Below, in pieces: positions 32,701-46,170 of a stretch of 64,000 nt of DNA. Both the position numbers and the translations under genes were made by a program. The DNA lies in assembly GCA_964188305.1 (NCBI GenBank), contig OZ076886.1; one strand, written 5' to 3'. Source of the stretch: Podarcis bocagei (taxonomy: Eukaryota). Each line of letters begins with the position of its first letter. The first letter of the stretch is position 1. The notes below the pieces were generated by a model. That model was given only the letters and a program-made list of their open reading frames with translations, did not search any database and was not told where the DNA came from.

Positions 32701-35700
32701 GATGAACTTGAGTTTCCGCTGTTGTGTCCATGTTTCAAAATGGGGGGGGGGGGGGCTTATAGGTTCAGGGTGTACTATATTTCCTCAAAATAGGTTTCAG
32801 TTCTAATACAATTTTGCACTTGTGGTGAATTGCTTTCTTCATCTTCCCTAAAACACTTTCCCTAGCAGATTCACCTTAATATTGGCGCCTAGACTGGTTC
32901 CTTAGATGACTGCAATGCATGGTTCCATGTCAGGCCTGAATCCTGTATCCAGCTCCAAATTCTACATTTGCAGTGTACATTTAAGACTTGCATATACTGG
33001 ACAGTGGTTTGGGGTCTTGCATGATGGGTGGTGCAAATTGCTTCAAAATTAGGTACCAGTTCAGTCCTGGATAAGAGATTTACCATTTGAACTGCTAGCT
33101 CTGTACTCTTCACCTACCCTTATGAAGCATGGGACAGGTGGCATCTTCCTTCTGTTAATGGAGCGCTCTACTATTGTAACCACAACAAAATTGGTTGTTG
33201 GTAATGATGGTTAGCCGGTTCTTCTGTGTGCTCAAGTAAAACTACAAAGTAGAAGCAGCTGGCACAGTTCTGCTGTGTCTATTATGTCATCAAAAGGATA
33301 TGGATGGGCTTTAAAAGATGCAGTCTGCACACAGTGGCCAACACCAACACATTCATCTCTAGCCCCTGTACCTTAAAGCTTGGTTGACAGGTGCAGCTGC
33401 AGTTTGCATACTGAAAGGAGAGACTTTTATTTAAGAGCCTGCTACTTGCTGTGACATCTCTAACTCTTCTAAGTTGAGTGGAGAAGCAGCACCTTGATAA
33501 CTGGGAAGGTAAAGAATGTAACAGTCCAGGCCTGGGACAGGCAAGGCATTTGGCTGCTTATTTGTTTTTACCACAAAACAAGGGGATTTATAAAGCAAAT
33601 CCTGCAGAGAGAGCACTACACTGTTCCTGCTGTAGTTCACAGAATGATTTGCTGTAGCAAAATGAGGTAAAGGGATGTATGTTTACCTTTTAAGTCCCAA
33701 TGACTTAACTGGCACCCTCAGGCTGTATAACTTGAAGTTTTACTCAGGAAATATTTGGTGGAAGTCAACATCACTCTTCCAGCTGTTCAGATAGAATCAT
33801 CTCCCTCTCCTCGTGTGTACTATTCTGGGAGTTCTTCTGATGCGCGCACACCTTGCCAAAATAACCAATTTTTGGGTGTGACATGGTGTGCAGGGGGAAG
33901 CTTGCGCGGTGCTTCTGCTGAGGGGCTGGTTAGGTAAATCCCGTCCATTGAAATTTATCAACCAATCTTAGTCACAGTCATTCATTCCAATGAGTGTACT
34001 CTGAATGACATGTTGGAATGGCACACTAAGTGGTCTCAAAAGTGTCATAGCAGCATATATTTTCCCTTGAGTTCCTGTGCAGATTCTCCAACCTACCTAC
34101 ATCCAAACCAATACTATAAAAAATGCTATACCAAGTATGAGGTTCTATTTGTAAGGTGTCTATCATAGCCTACTTTCCATAATTTGTATTTGTGCAGCTG
34201 GGTCCCCTATACCTTACCCTAAAAAAATTGGTTGTAGCAGGATTTTCCCCAGGCTTAGTTCTATTTTATTTTTTTGCTTTTTTGCCATTCCCAAGACCCA
34301 CACAAACTATTATTTTGTTCCAAGGAACACAGGCTTTGCCTGGGCAAGGAGTCCTGTTATGGTTGCTTGCCCTGCAAAAAGTCCAGTTCAGCATCTTATA
34401 AACAGATGCAAACGTGGATTGATCAAATGGACCCTCTTATAGGAGCCAGGAGTTATTATCCTTTAAACCAAAAGCCTCTGATCTTCCCTCACCCCATTCC
34501 CATCCTCAATATGCAGTTATGTTACTGAAGTCCAGCACAAAGCGCAGCATGCAATCACTTCTCAGGAAGAACGGAATAATAATTGTGAACTCGACAGTGA
34601 CCTAATCTGGAACTCCCTACAGTGGCTACCAAGTTGAAAGCAACGAAGGATCAGCACAATGGGAATTCAAAGTCCTTTACTATTTTTTACTGAAGCAGAA
34701 TCTTCCCTTACACACAGTTATCAGCCACAGAGCTGTTGCTTTCATTGTAAATCTTCTTGGAGGAGGGGGAGAATCAATCCTAATTTATTATCTACTCCCA
34801 AAGGTACATTGAAGTCAGAATGAGGAACATAAAGACTTCCATGGCCTCAGACAGAGTTCATCCATTTCAGCATTCCTGTTTTTGAGAGTGGCTAGACTGC
34901 CAGCTGGCTGTCCAAGGTAGACTGCATCTGAATCAGGTGTGTCCATTTAGTTTATCATGGCAAACAGCTAGTGCTAGACCCTGCACTGGAGCCAGTGGCC
35001 ATCACGTCGTACAACAGCCTTCCATCAACTATCTGACAAAGCATAGTTTTTTTTAAAAAAAATCTGTCCTTGGTCTGTTTGGCAGAGGTGGAAGCATAGC
35101 CTGTATGTAGGGAAGAGATGGACTTGCCACAACACACACAATTCATACCTCCCCTCTTCCATTTAATTATAAAGCGTCCAGTATTTTGGCCTTTCCTCAA
35201 AGTATTTCAGATGCTTAATTGCTTTGATTGCCTTTTTGTGTGTGTATGCTGCAGGACAATGCATTGGGTCCCACCATTAGCCACGAGGTTAAATACTCAT
35301 AGCTAAACAGGAGCAGCACATTATTGTTTTAAAAGATCAACTTCTGGTTGTAAGCACCACAAACATTGATACCTCTAGTATGCCAGTCCTGAATGAATTT
35401 GTTCTGTAGGGATGTTCATCGTTGACAACCCAGCTGCTTTTGGGTTAATCTCAATTTAAATGCCACATAGTGCTGAAAGTACCTAACAAACTTGTACTCA
35501 GCTGTAGGTTCTACTCACTTCGACTGAGCTTATCCCACGGTAAGCAGGTATAGAACTACAGCCTAAGGATCCTCAGAGTGTAAGAGCATCTGCAGGGCCT
35601 AAGATGCTGGTGCTGCATTACGGCTTCCATCATTCCTGGCCATGCTGGCTGGAAGTCCAACTTCTGGAGGGCTACAGGTCCTCCATCCATTTTAAGTCAA

Positions 35701-36268
35701 GGCAGCACATTTGGAAACAGAACAGAGGACATCCAGAGGCATACGTACTTATAGCTCAACCACTTGTAGTCCCAAAGTTGGACAGTTCCATCCCATGTTC
35801 ATCAGCAAATGCTAGTTGCAATCACTTATTCAGAGGGAAATCTGAAGAATTAATAGGAAAGCTGCAAAGTCCATTAGAAGCATGTATTTTCTTAATTATC
35901 CTCCGTCCACTTCTTTCAGGTGGGTATGTGGGCTTAGATTGCATCACCATTTCCAAGGAGAAGCCCATGAAATATCAAGCATTTCCTTGATATTTCAACC
36001 ATACACCCAAGGCATAACTGATCAGCAGTTTGAGGAATGACCACTTTGCCAGAGGCCTAGTTGGTTAAATGGCCCTAGAATATTTCCCACTCCCTGCACC
36101 CCCATTCGCTTTTCACCACCTGTGACATATTGCTTCTGCAGCAACATTGGGTGCTAGACCACCCCTGCACCATGATTGAAATAAGGATTTTAAGCAAGTT
36201 TAGGGAAATGTCTGTGATTCAGTCTCTGACTAGGTTAAGTAACTCTTATGTATTCAATTCAGGTAGAG

Positions 36269-36460
36269 CAGAGCTTTCCAAACTCTGTGTAGCGACACCT
36301 TAGTGTGTTAGTGTGTCGTGCAAATGTTCCCCGCTCTCTTCCTGGTGCTGGAAAGGGGTTAGTTTAACCTCCGGTTTGCTAGCAAAACTGAATTACTGTG
36401 TCACAAAATGATGCATGTCTAAAAAGTGTGTCGCCAACATGAAAAGTTTGGAAAGCTCTG
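36269..36460. mobile_element. hAT MITE
   Basis: Perfect 16-bp TIR CAGAGCTTTCCAAACT and perfect 8-bp TSD AGGTAGAG. Confidence 0.92.
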
Positions 36461-39434
36461 AGGTAGAGGGCGCCAGGTGCGAGGTCTCACACTGAAGTGG
36501 GTGCACGTGATTCCCCAGCCCAGTCCATCCCAAACCTCCGGTTTCAGCTTCACATCCAAACTAGATTTCAAATAAAGGTTGAGATGAAACTTCGTTGGAA
36601 CTGAGTCACCCAAAGTGATGGAGCACTTATTTGACCAGCTGTAGTATTAAAATACTATTTCTCCTCATTAGAATGGTCCAAATTAATTCCTAGCCTTTAA
36701 GTGTTTAATTTCTGGTCGCTAGATTAGCCCAGATCAACATAAAAGACTGTGCAATATGTTGTGTCCACCTTTACTAAGGAAACTTCGCCTTTGGATTTTG
36801 TAGATGTTGAATTAGGGAACACAAGCCCAGTTCACACCTCAGCACAGCCTTAGCCAAGGCCATTCCCCCTGCACAAATTTCCAAAACCTGTATGTTACAA
36901 CCTGGGCCCATTGCCAACCAGCTCAAGCCTAGATCCCAAAGCACAAATCTGTTTTTTAAAAAACCACACAACCAGCCAACACCTTATCTGTGTTTTCATC
37001 AGCACAAGGTCATGTATATCAGCCCTTAAACTGTACTACAGTATATCTAGGAAGTTAGGATCCTGAAGCCCCTTTCCGTCTTGTCTCTTACATGAACTAC
37101 CCTCTGCACTGACAGGCAACACAACCTTGTCCCATCCAAGCCTCACAGAGGAATTTTCAGAAAACTGCGCTGGAACAGCCTTGCTTGGCTTTGTCCATTC
37201 TAATCTACACCTTTCCACTGTGGATTATGAATGTCCTCTCTTCTTTCCACCCTGGCCAGTGTCAATAACAATGAAGTAAACGGGCAGCCCAATTCTATGC
37301 GCCCTACTCTGTTCCCAAAAGGACAGCATGAAGAGTTGGAAAAATCACTCCCACTGTTGAGTCATCTAAATTGGTTCCTAAAGCATTTCACCTCCTATGA
37401 CAGCTCTTTTGACAACTGGTGGCCAATAAACAAAATACATATTAGAACCCAAAAATCTTGTTGTTTTTTTATTCCCAGCTCTGGACAAAATAGTAGGGTC
37501 TAGTGCAATAGGGGGCAACATGCAGCCGGTATGTAAGCCCCTGAGGCACTTTTGTGCTACAACATTGAGAACCTCTGCTTTCAAAGTTCAAACAATAGGT
37601 TTCTAGCCCTCATGGTTCCAAATAAAATTTTGAGAACATAAATTCAGTGTGCTCCTGTCTAGCTGTGCATTCCTCTAGGCATGCATGTTGGATTGTGTCT
37701 CGAGCTACGTACGCTTCTCTGTTTCTGAGTCACAACTAAACAGGGTAGCTACTGTCTATCCACTGATCCTCAAACTGTACTAAGGGCCTGTCTACATTCC
37801 AAATTTAAACCAGTTTCAACCCTCATCTGCCACGGCTCTAAAACAACAAATTCTAGGAACTGTCGTTCTGTAAAAGGGTCTAAGATACTACAAAAGAGTT
37901 CTCAGCAGCCTCACCAAAAGGTGTCCATTCCTACAGTTCTTTACAGAAAGCCGTGACAGTGAAACGAGTTTCAAACTGTTTGTGAAACAGATACTTACTA
38001 AGCAACTGGGGTACTCAAGAGGTGTGCCCTGAAAAATCACCAAGAAAGCTCAGATTTTGTGTTGTGTGCCATAGCTAGATCCTCTCCATTTGATTTGCAC
38101 AAAGAGCCAATTTCACTGTAGTCTTTTTTACCACCCCCTCTTGCCTTTACAGTCTACCTTTGCGGGCTTGGCCTGCTTTAACAAGAGGAGATCCTTTCTT
38201 AAGGCAACAAAAACCACCACCCCATTTTTCGTAACTGAGAACAGGGCTATTTCCTTTCCTTGCTCTTTTCAGTCCCCAAAGTGTTTGCTCCACTTATATT
38301 ATCTGCTATAGAAGCACCAGCTAAGCCACAGGGTTGTGAATATACACAGACGACAAGTCATCTGCCTCTGCTACTGCAATGAGACCTTCCCTAAACGCTA
38401 GGTGTTTCATTTTAGACCTGGTGATGGTGCAAATTGTTACCACACTTTTTACCCCAGTTGATTATAGCATTGAAAATTGAGCCAGAACTCCAGAGTTCTG
38501 CTCCCATCCCTGGACTAGTCAGAATACATCCCATAAACTGATTAGCAACACCACTAGGTGACATCACCACCCTCAAATAAAAAAGGAGAGAAAAAGAGAG
38601 CAGAACTCAGGACTTCCACCTCTTTTTACACATACTTTTGTCCTTTAGACACATGTTCATTTTAGGTGATCCAATACCCCTTCCAGAAGGCTAACAAGTC
38701 TGGGAATACTAAACCAATTGGGTTTTTTCCAGTTTAAATATTTATATATTTTTTTAAAAAATGGGAAGAAAGAAATAATAAAAAGCAGTTGACTCTGGGC
38801 AACGGCCATGAAAACTGGAAGAAAAGCCTACCCAAACAGAAAAGAGAATAAAAAGATATTTGATTAAAACCTCCTGACACCTTCAGCAGGCTCTATCTTT
38901 GTCTTCTTGAGAACAGCAACAAAGGGAGGGGAGCAGGTAGGACCATCAAGTGCTACTGTGGTTGCTGTTGTTGTGGTGGTAAAGGGGAAGGGGAAAGGGG
39001 GATGCTGAAGCACAAATTATCTCAATTAAACTGCGGCTGGGAAGAGGGACAAAAACCACATCTTTCCACCCTTTCCCAATAACAGACAATGCACTATGGT
39101 AAGTAAAATGCTGGGGTAAGTAACACAGACAGGTTGGGAGAAGGGTGGGGTTTTCTTTTTTCTTTTTTTGCAGCCCTCCCTCCCTGTCTTTCCTCTCTCT
39201 GGACAATCAGGGCAGAGAAGCCGCAAAGCCTGGATCATCATTTCTGTCCTCCCCACCATTTTCACAAAAATCTGGCCAAAGTCCTTCTTCCCCTTCCCAC
39301 ACAGCTGCTTCTCTTTGTTTTCATGGAGGCAGAGAAAGGCTGAAATGACTCGAGACAGTAGCGGTTGGCAGAGTCCCCGTTCACTTCTCCCCACCCAAGC
39401 TCTCCACACCCTTCGCGAGCTGCGCCCGTCCTCC

Positions 39435-39673
39435 TCAGCCCATGAAGGAGTCGCCCTCGTCCTCCTCAAAGTGGCACTGCTGCAGCACCTTGATGTGGTA
39501 CTCGTAGATCTTGAGAGCAGGCCCCAGGCGGATGGAGAGGCCGGTCAGGACATCGGTGCGCTGCATCAGCAGAAGAGACTTCCCATCGATCTCCTGCAGC
39601 GGGAGCAACAGAGGGACAAAACAACAGGGCATTTAGGGCACAGGGACTCCCCCCATTAAGAGACAGAATATAG

Positions 39674-39716
<43 letters not shown>

Positions 39717-42700
39717 CTTTTAAGAAAGCAATAGTAGAGATCTGTATTAAGAAGGAATCCCCCTCCTCAGTGAACTGGAGGGAAGAAGGAAAGTGTTCTT
39801 TAAATCTAGACGAGCTTCCAGGTTGAGGAATGGATATAATTGAATTTATGCACATTTTTTTGCCTATCTTGAATGCTTAGTCCTTCCCCATCCTTTTAAC
39901 ACATATTTAAGCATTATCAATTACGATTCATGCCACTGGTTTAACACCCGGCCATCAACCCATTAGGCCTCCAACACAAGCATAGCTGTCAACTTTTCCC
40001 TTTTCTTGCGAGGAATCCTATTCGGAACAAGGGAATTTTCCTTTATAAAAGGGAAACGTTGACAGCTATGAACACAAGTCACCAGGAAATGCCCATCCTA
40101 AGCAGAATTTCATATTTTGAAATAGTCACAAGAGTATTTTTCAGTCTTTTCTATCTGAACACAGCGCATAGGAAGCACAACAACACCACTCTCTGTTGAG
40201 CTTAGGTCGCAACAGGGCCTATGCAAAGGTGGCTTGAAGGTGCAGATGTCCATAGACAGCATCCAGCTCACAAGGTGGGATGCTTCTAAGTGCAGATCCC
40301 TGAAGAGGGAAGCCTGACTTTGGCCTTTGTTGGTGCCATTGACAGCTGTAGTTGGACCAGGCAGAGAGCCTTGATTACAAGAGGAGAGAGGGCTGAAGGA
40401 GTGAAATCCCATACTAAGGGAAAGAGGCCCATGATGCAACATGCAGAGAGGGATGGGGAAGACGTGTGTGGGAGAACACTCTGGATGCTTCCTATGAACA
40501 TAAACACACATTCAAATAGGATTGCTGAGCTCTAGTAACTATTTTTCCTGAAGCAAATAACCAGTCGGAAACAATGGTGGGGAGTGGCAATATGGATAAC
40601 TGAAACAGATCTCTAATCATTGGCAAGCACCTCTGTTATTTGCAAGGCAGGTTTTTTAGCACGCAAGAAAACCCCACGGTGACTGCTGCTTTGATGTACA
40701 ATCATATGCACCCTGGCTTGTGTTTTACATTTGACAAAGAGCCCCTAAGCAACTAGGAACCGAGTGTGCATACTTGCAAGTCCCTACCCTGTTAAACATT
40801 CAGTGCCCATGCCATTCAGAGCCTTCTATTTCACTAAGAGTTCCGCTTGAGCATTAATCCCCAAATCTTTCACTTGGTATCCCAAGGTTCTCACCTGTTC
40901 TTGAAAGGCAGATGCTTGCTCAGCAAAACCAGCTTCTGTGAAATAATCCACAACATCACTCACAGTCCATTCCACTGGGTCAGAAGGCTTCTCCTTCACT
41001 GAGCTACAAGGAGGAGAGAGAGAGAAAAGAGAATTCATACCCCAGGCATCCAATGGCCTCCTGCTCCACAATGAGAAGGGGACTTCTCACCAGGAATTAA
41101 AAAGAAGAGAGTGCATGCATGGATCCAGAATGGGAGGGGGGGGGCAGATCATAAAAAGAACCCAACTTGAGCAAGAGACAAGTTTTTCTGTACGGGGCCA
41201 CCCAAACCCCACCCCAGTAATTTATTATGTGTATTTTTAAACCACACTTCAAATATACTGCGGGAAGGGGAGGGGTTACAAGAGTAAAACAAAATGTGAA
41301 TAATAAAGTCAAATGCCGCAAAATGACAGAGAGCAATAACTTCATCTCAAAAGCTTGGGTAAATAAAACACAACACCTGCTTGGAGCTGAAAGGAAAAAT
41401 AGCATCTTGTCAGGGAAACATCTTTGGGCAGAAGATGTTCCATCACTTGCTGGGGATCCACCAGCAAAAATAAACTTTCTCTGGTTGCCACCCACCTCAC
41501 CTCAGTCAGTGAGGCATATCTGGAGACAGATGGCCCTTCAAGTTCCCTTTGAACAGGACCCACTAATGGAATGGAAGCCAGTGCAGCCGCATAGCACAGG
41601 CAAAACATGATCCTAACACCCAGTCCCAGGCAGCAATCAAGCAGCTGCATTCTATACGAACTGCAGCTTCTGAACAGTTTCCCAAGGCAGCTCTATAGAC
41701 AGTGCATTCCAGCAGTCTATCTTGGAGGTTCCCAGAACATGGGTGACAGAGGCCAGGCTAACAGGAAGCCTATCCCAGCAAACAGGAAGGGAAGGTCCCC
41801 ATTGAGAGGCACCAATATGGCATCACAGTCACACGAATATGGCAATGTGCAAAGCAGCCTAATGAGGACGTCTAAGTATTTCAACCCCACTGTGCCTGCT
41901 TCGGAATCTGAAGGGCAGCAGCAACTCATTTCCTCCAATGAAGGAGGGAGGCAGCTGAAGAAACTTGCAGGACTAACTTACTGCTTCCTCCTCTACTGCC
42001 ACCACCTCAGCAGCCCCTCATTCACTCTGACAGCAGCTTCATTTCCCAGAGTGTGCAAAAGCTAAGTGCTGCTGCTGCTCCTTCTCTTAAGAACCAGCTG
42101 GGGTGAGGCAGCAGCTACAGCTCCTCCCTCATTTCCATAAGCACCAGGGTAGAATGAGGGGCAAGCTTACCCAGATGAAAGCCCTTCTAGATGCAGTCAG
42201 CCTTTACTCACTGCTGAAGACGTCTTGTCTGGTCCTTTTCTAAATAGGTGGTGGCACTGATGGCAGGGGACTCAAGTGTTCTCTCCTTACAGAGGGTCAT
42301 AGGTGAACTAGCTGTCATTAAACAAATGGGTTTTTGGTGCCCACTCAAAACTTACGTGCAGCTGAAGGGTCTCCCATCTGCCTGGATGCCAGGTCTCCCA
42401 GGGGATGAGGGCACAGAGGGCTCAGTACCTGCAACAGCTGGTGACACTGGGAGAAAGTAAGAGAGAGGGAGAAAAAAAAGACACAAATGGGAATGGCCCT
42501 GGTTCTCTTACATAGCAATGAGGCTTTAACTAGCTGGTGAATGAATTTGTGCATGTGTATGTGCCTGGAGCCCTTTTGAGGCAGAGAACAAGAAGCCAGT
42601 TTTAATTCCCATGGCACAAACACCTGAGAGCCAAAGCCACCTTCCCACAATCTGACACCCCCCCCCCCCGCTCCTCATCCACCCATAATACCACTGACCT

Positions 42701-45700
42701 GGCCTAGGGCTCCTAGGCATAATTCTCAATAGTGAGTTGCACAACGACCCCAGGGGTCTATTTACACTGGAAAAACCTGTGCAATAATCTTATCACCATC
42801 TCCAATGGTTCCTCCATTAGGATCTTTTGCCATATCCCTCTAGGGCCTGGGTCTCCCAAGGAAAGTCAAGCTCAGCCAACTACTCCCCCCCGCCCTCTCG
42901 CCCACCCTATACCCTATACCTGCTCTGTCTGGCTGCTGATAGGCGCTGCCATCTTTCTTGCTGCCCCCCAGATGGTGACAGGCACTTTCTCCAGGCCAAG
43001 AGGCCTTTGTATGACATTGCTCATTTCCTTCATGGTGGGGACGCTCTGATCCTTTGTTCAAGGGCTGCTCCTCGAGGGAGTGCAGGTCTCTGGTGAGGGC
43101 ACTGCTGGGTGGGATCTCTTTCCCACCATGCTTGCTGTCCTTACAGTCCCCGTTCACCTGGCCCATCCCAGGTCTGCTGTAGTTGCTGGCCTCATAATCT
43201 TGTGCCACCTCTGAACCTTCAGACATGGTGGAGGCTTCATCCTCTTCTTCTTCTTCCTCCTCTTCTTCTTCTTCACCTTTGACCTCCTCACCTGCCTTCT
43301 GCAAACATAAAAAGAATACATATATATTTACAAATCCAGGCCCTGCTTCCACAGCACCCCAGACTAATCACCCCTGTGTCTAACTCTCCAGGCTTACTCC
43401 ATGTTGGTGCCTCAAGTTCCTTGTTTCACTTTTATTGACTTTACAGTACTGTCCTACACATAATTGTTGTTAATGGTGCTTACTGCCAGGCTAAGGGTGT
43501 ATGGGATTGTGGCCTTTTGCTATGCCAACTTTCCTGGGAGTTAAGTACCACTGACCTCTGTGGCTGTTACTTCTGTCTAGACATATAAACAGGATTGCAC
43601 ACTTTGACAACTAAGCCAATCTACTTCCAGGTTACAATGTAATTTTACTCGGAGCCATTTCTTGTAATCCTGCTTCAGTTTCCCCTATTTGTTCAAAATG
43701 AGTTACTGTACAGTGGTACCTCTGGTTACACACTTAATTTGTTCCGGAGGCCCGTTCTTAACCTGAAACTGTTCTTAACCTGAAGCACCACTTTAGCTAA
43801 TGGGATTCCCGCTGCTGCCGCGCCGCCAGAGCACGATTTTTGTTCTCATCCTGAAGCAAAGTTCTTAACCCTAGGTACTATTTCTGGGTTAGCACAGTCT
43901 GTAACCTGAAGCATATGTAACCTAAGGTACCACTGTACTTGGAACCAGTGGTGTTGCTAGTCTGGGTAAAGGCCTCCACAATACTACCGCAAAATGCTCA
44001 GAGGCTCTTTGAAACACAGCAGGAGCCTTCTAATCCAAGAAGAGATGGAATCAAACTTCAGCCACACCATCCCTCCACTTGGCTTTGTTGTGCAGATCCG
44101 CCTAGATTTATGGAAATCTATTGCCATCCTTGTAACAGAAAACTTGCCAAAAATAAGAGAGAACTGAAAGGGGCTTCTTTTTACTGGACTGTAATTGTAT
44201 TCTACCCTTGATAATTGCTCTGATCCTTACTGGATTGGGTTACATTCCAGAGCTGGTCACCCTCCTGACATGAGGGTGACATGATTTCTCCTTTTCTGCT
44301 CCCCCCTCCGCTCCCCGTTTGCATTCGCTGCCTTACTACTCCCACCACCTCCCGACCTTACTGGAGGTTACAGAACCCTTTAGGTCAAGCACAAACTGAC
44401 TCTTTGTTCTGTGTTTATACGGAGCCTGGCACGGCCTGAGTTTGGCGGGGGGGTGGGGGTGGCGAGGTCGGAGAAGGGGCCACTGTCCATGGCCCGACGT
44501 GCATCCTCAACGCCGCACAAATGTCACCGGAGGGCCACGCACGCAGGTGAGCGGAGCCTCTCCACACGCCCGGGGTTGGTTCTTACCCGCTCCCCAACTC
44601 GGCCCCGCAAGTTCCCCGCGGACCAGGCGGAGTTGTGCCATCCAGCGGCGGCCTTTCCGCTCACCTTCCCACAATACTTCGGAACTGCACGGGAGAATGT
44701 CGCCCCGTCGAAGCCCAGGCACCAATCGTGGCGCCCCCTCCCGTGCCAAAGCGATTTGATTGGGCGCTGCCCATAACTCTTCCTCCCAGACACACGCACA
44801 CCTGCGCGAGCGCCCGCTGACAACATTCGGGGGGCTGGGCGCCGTCTGCCCTCCCCGAAAGCGGCTCCTCTCCGGCGCCCGCCCCTCCGCTCCCCCCCCC
44901 GCGCGCCCAGTGTTCGGGCACCCCCTGCGCGCGCACTCCTCCGCTAGGTCCGTTTCCGTCCTGGGGAAGCTCACCTGTTCCCCTCAGCCCGTGCGCCCCC
45001 GCCGCCCCGCCCCCACCCCCTCCCCCCGCGCGCGCCGCGGCAGCCCCTCACCTTGTTCCTGTAAGCCCTGGCGCTGGGCGCCCGGGCCTGCGCGCCTCTC
45101 TCCGCCCTGGGCAAGGCGACGCTGTTGCCGCTGCCGCCCCCGCCCCCGCCGCCACCCAAGCGGGTCCTCTCCAGCCGCTCCTCTTGGAGCAGCCCCTGCG
45201 CTCGGCCTCGAGTCACTCGGCCGCCCCCCGGCGCGGCGCCGTCGCCGCCCAAGTAGCGCACAATCTCTCGCAGGCTGACGGGGGAGGGCTCCTCCGGGGC
45301 GGGGGCAGGCGGCGGCGGTCGCTCCCGGCCGGTCCGACGAGGAGGCGGCGGCTGCGGCGGTGGCGGCGGAGGAGGTGGCGGCGGCGGCGCGGCTGGCTCC
45401 GCGCGGGGCGCTGCACGCTGGGAGGACCGGGGCGTCGCGGTGGCGGCGGCGGCGGGAGCGCTGGGCGGGGAAGTGCGGGCCGGCCGCTGCGGGGCCGCGG
45501 GGCTGGCGGCGGGCGTTCCGCCTCGCCGAGGCGGCTGGACCCGCGCAGCGTTGCGGTACGAGATGCTTCCCTTGTAGCTGACGCGGAGCACGGCGCGCTG
45601 CTGGATGAGCTTCTCCAGCTCGGCGCGGGTGCGCTCCGGCTCCGGGCCGTGCCGCCGGCGCACCATGCGGCAGATGCGCTCCAGGTCCGGGCGCGCCTTG

Positions 45701-45789
45701 CGCGAGCGCAGCGAGTCGATGGTGTCCAAGATCCACTCCTGGTAGCGCGGCGCCTCCTGGCCCGGGGGCGGCGGCGGGGGCCCGGCCAT
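39435..45789 (-). CDS. SAMD1: Sterile alpha motif domain-containing protein 1 (atherin): N-terminal CpG-binding winged helix, C-terminal SAM, 491 aa
   Basis: Exons 45789-45052, 43298-42920, 42446-42356, 41003-40895 and 39593-39435; phases 0,1,2,0; 1476 nt. Winged helix [35 protein letters not shown]...[10 protein letters not shown]; [25 protein letters not shown]...[30 protein letters not shown]; Kozak accATGg. Confidence 0.96.
39677..39713. repeat. (AC)n microsatellite
   Basis: Read directly from the sequence. Confidence 0.95.
39981..40070. mobile_element. 90-bp hAT-type MITE in SAMD1 intron 4
   Basis: 13-bp TIR CATAGCTGTCAAC and perfect 8-bp TSD AACACAAG. Confidence 0.88.
43711..43935. 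mobile_element. Tigger/pogo-like MITE in SAMD1 intron 1
   Basis: TA|CAGTGGTACCT ... AGGTACCACTG|TA with repeated internal TAACCTGAA motifs. Confidence 0.88.
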
Positions 45790-46170
45790 GGTGTTGCCGC
45801 CTCCCCCGGGGCTTCGCTGCCCCCGTGCGCCGCTCCGCCTTGGCCTCAGCTCTTGCCCGCGCGGCGCCAACTAGACCCTCCGCCCGGCAGGCGCTGCTGC
45901 TGCTGGAAGCGGCGGCGCGCGGGCTGGTCCGGGCAGCGCGAGCTCCTCCCTCCCCTTCCCCCAGCCGCACGCGCCGCCGCCTCCACCACCGCCCGAGCGG
46001 GACCCGCAGCCGCTTAAGGAGGCGCTGTTGCCTCCCGTAGCCTCCCTACACTTGGCGGCTTAAGGTGGAGCAGGAGAATTCGCAGCGTCCCCTTAGCGGC
46101 CGCGCCGGCTGGAAAGGGCGCTCTCTGGCCGCCTCAGGCAGAAGTCAACAGCAGGAATCCGGCGAGTACA
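44420..46170 (-). promoter_or_regulatory. CpG island covering the SAMD1 promoter, exon 1 and start of intron 1
   Basis: Very high GC and CpG density around the ATG at 45789. Boundaries are approximate. Confidence 0.85.
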
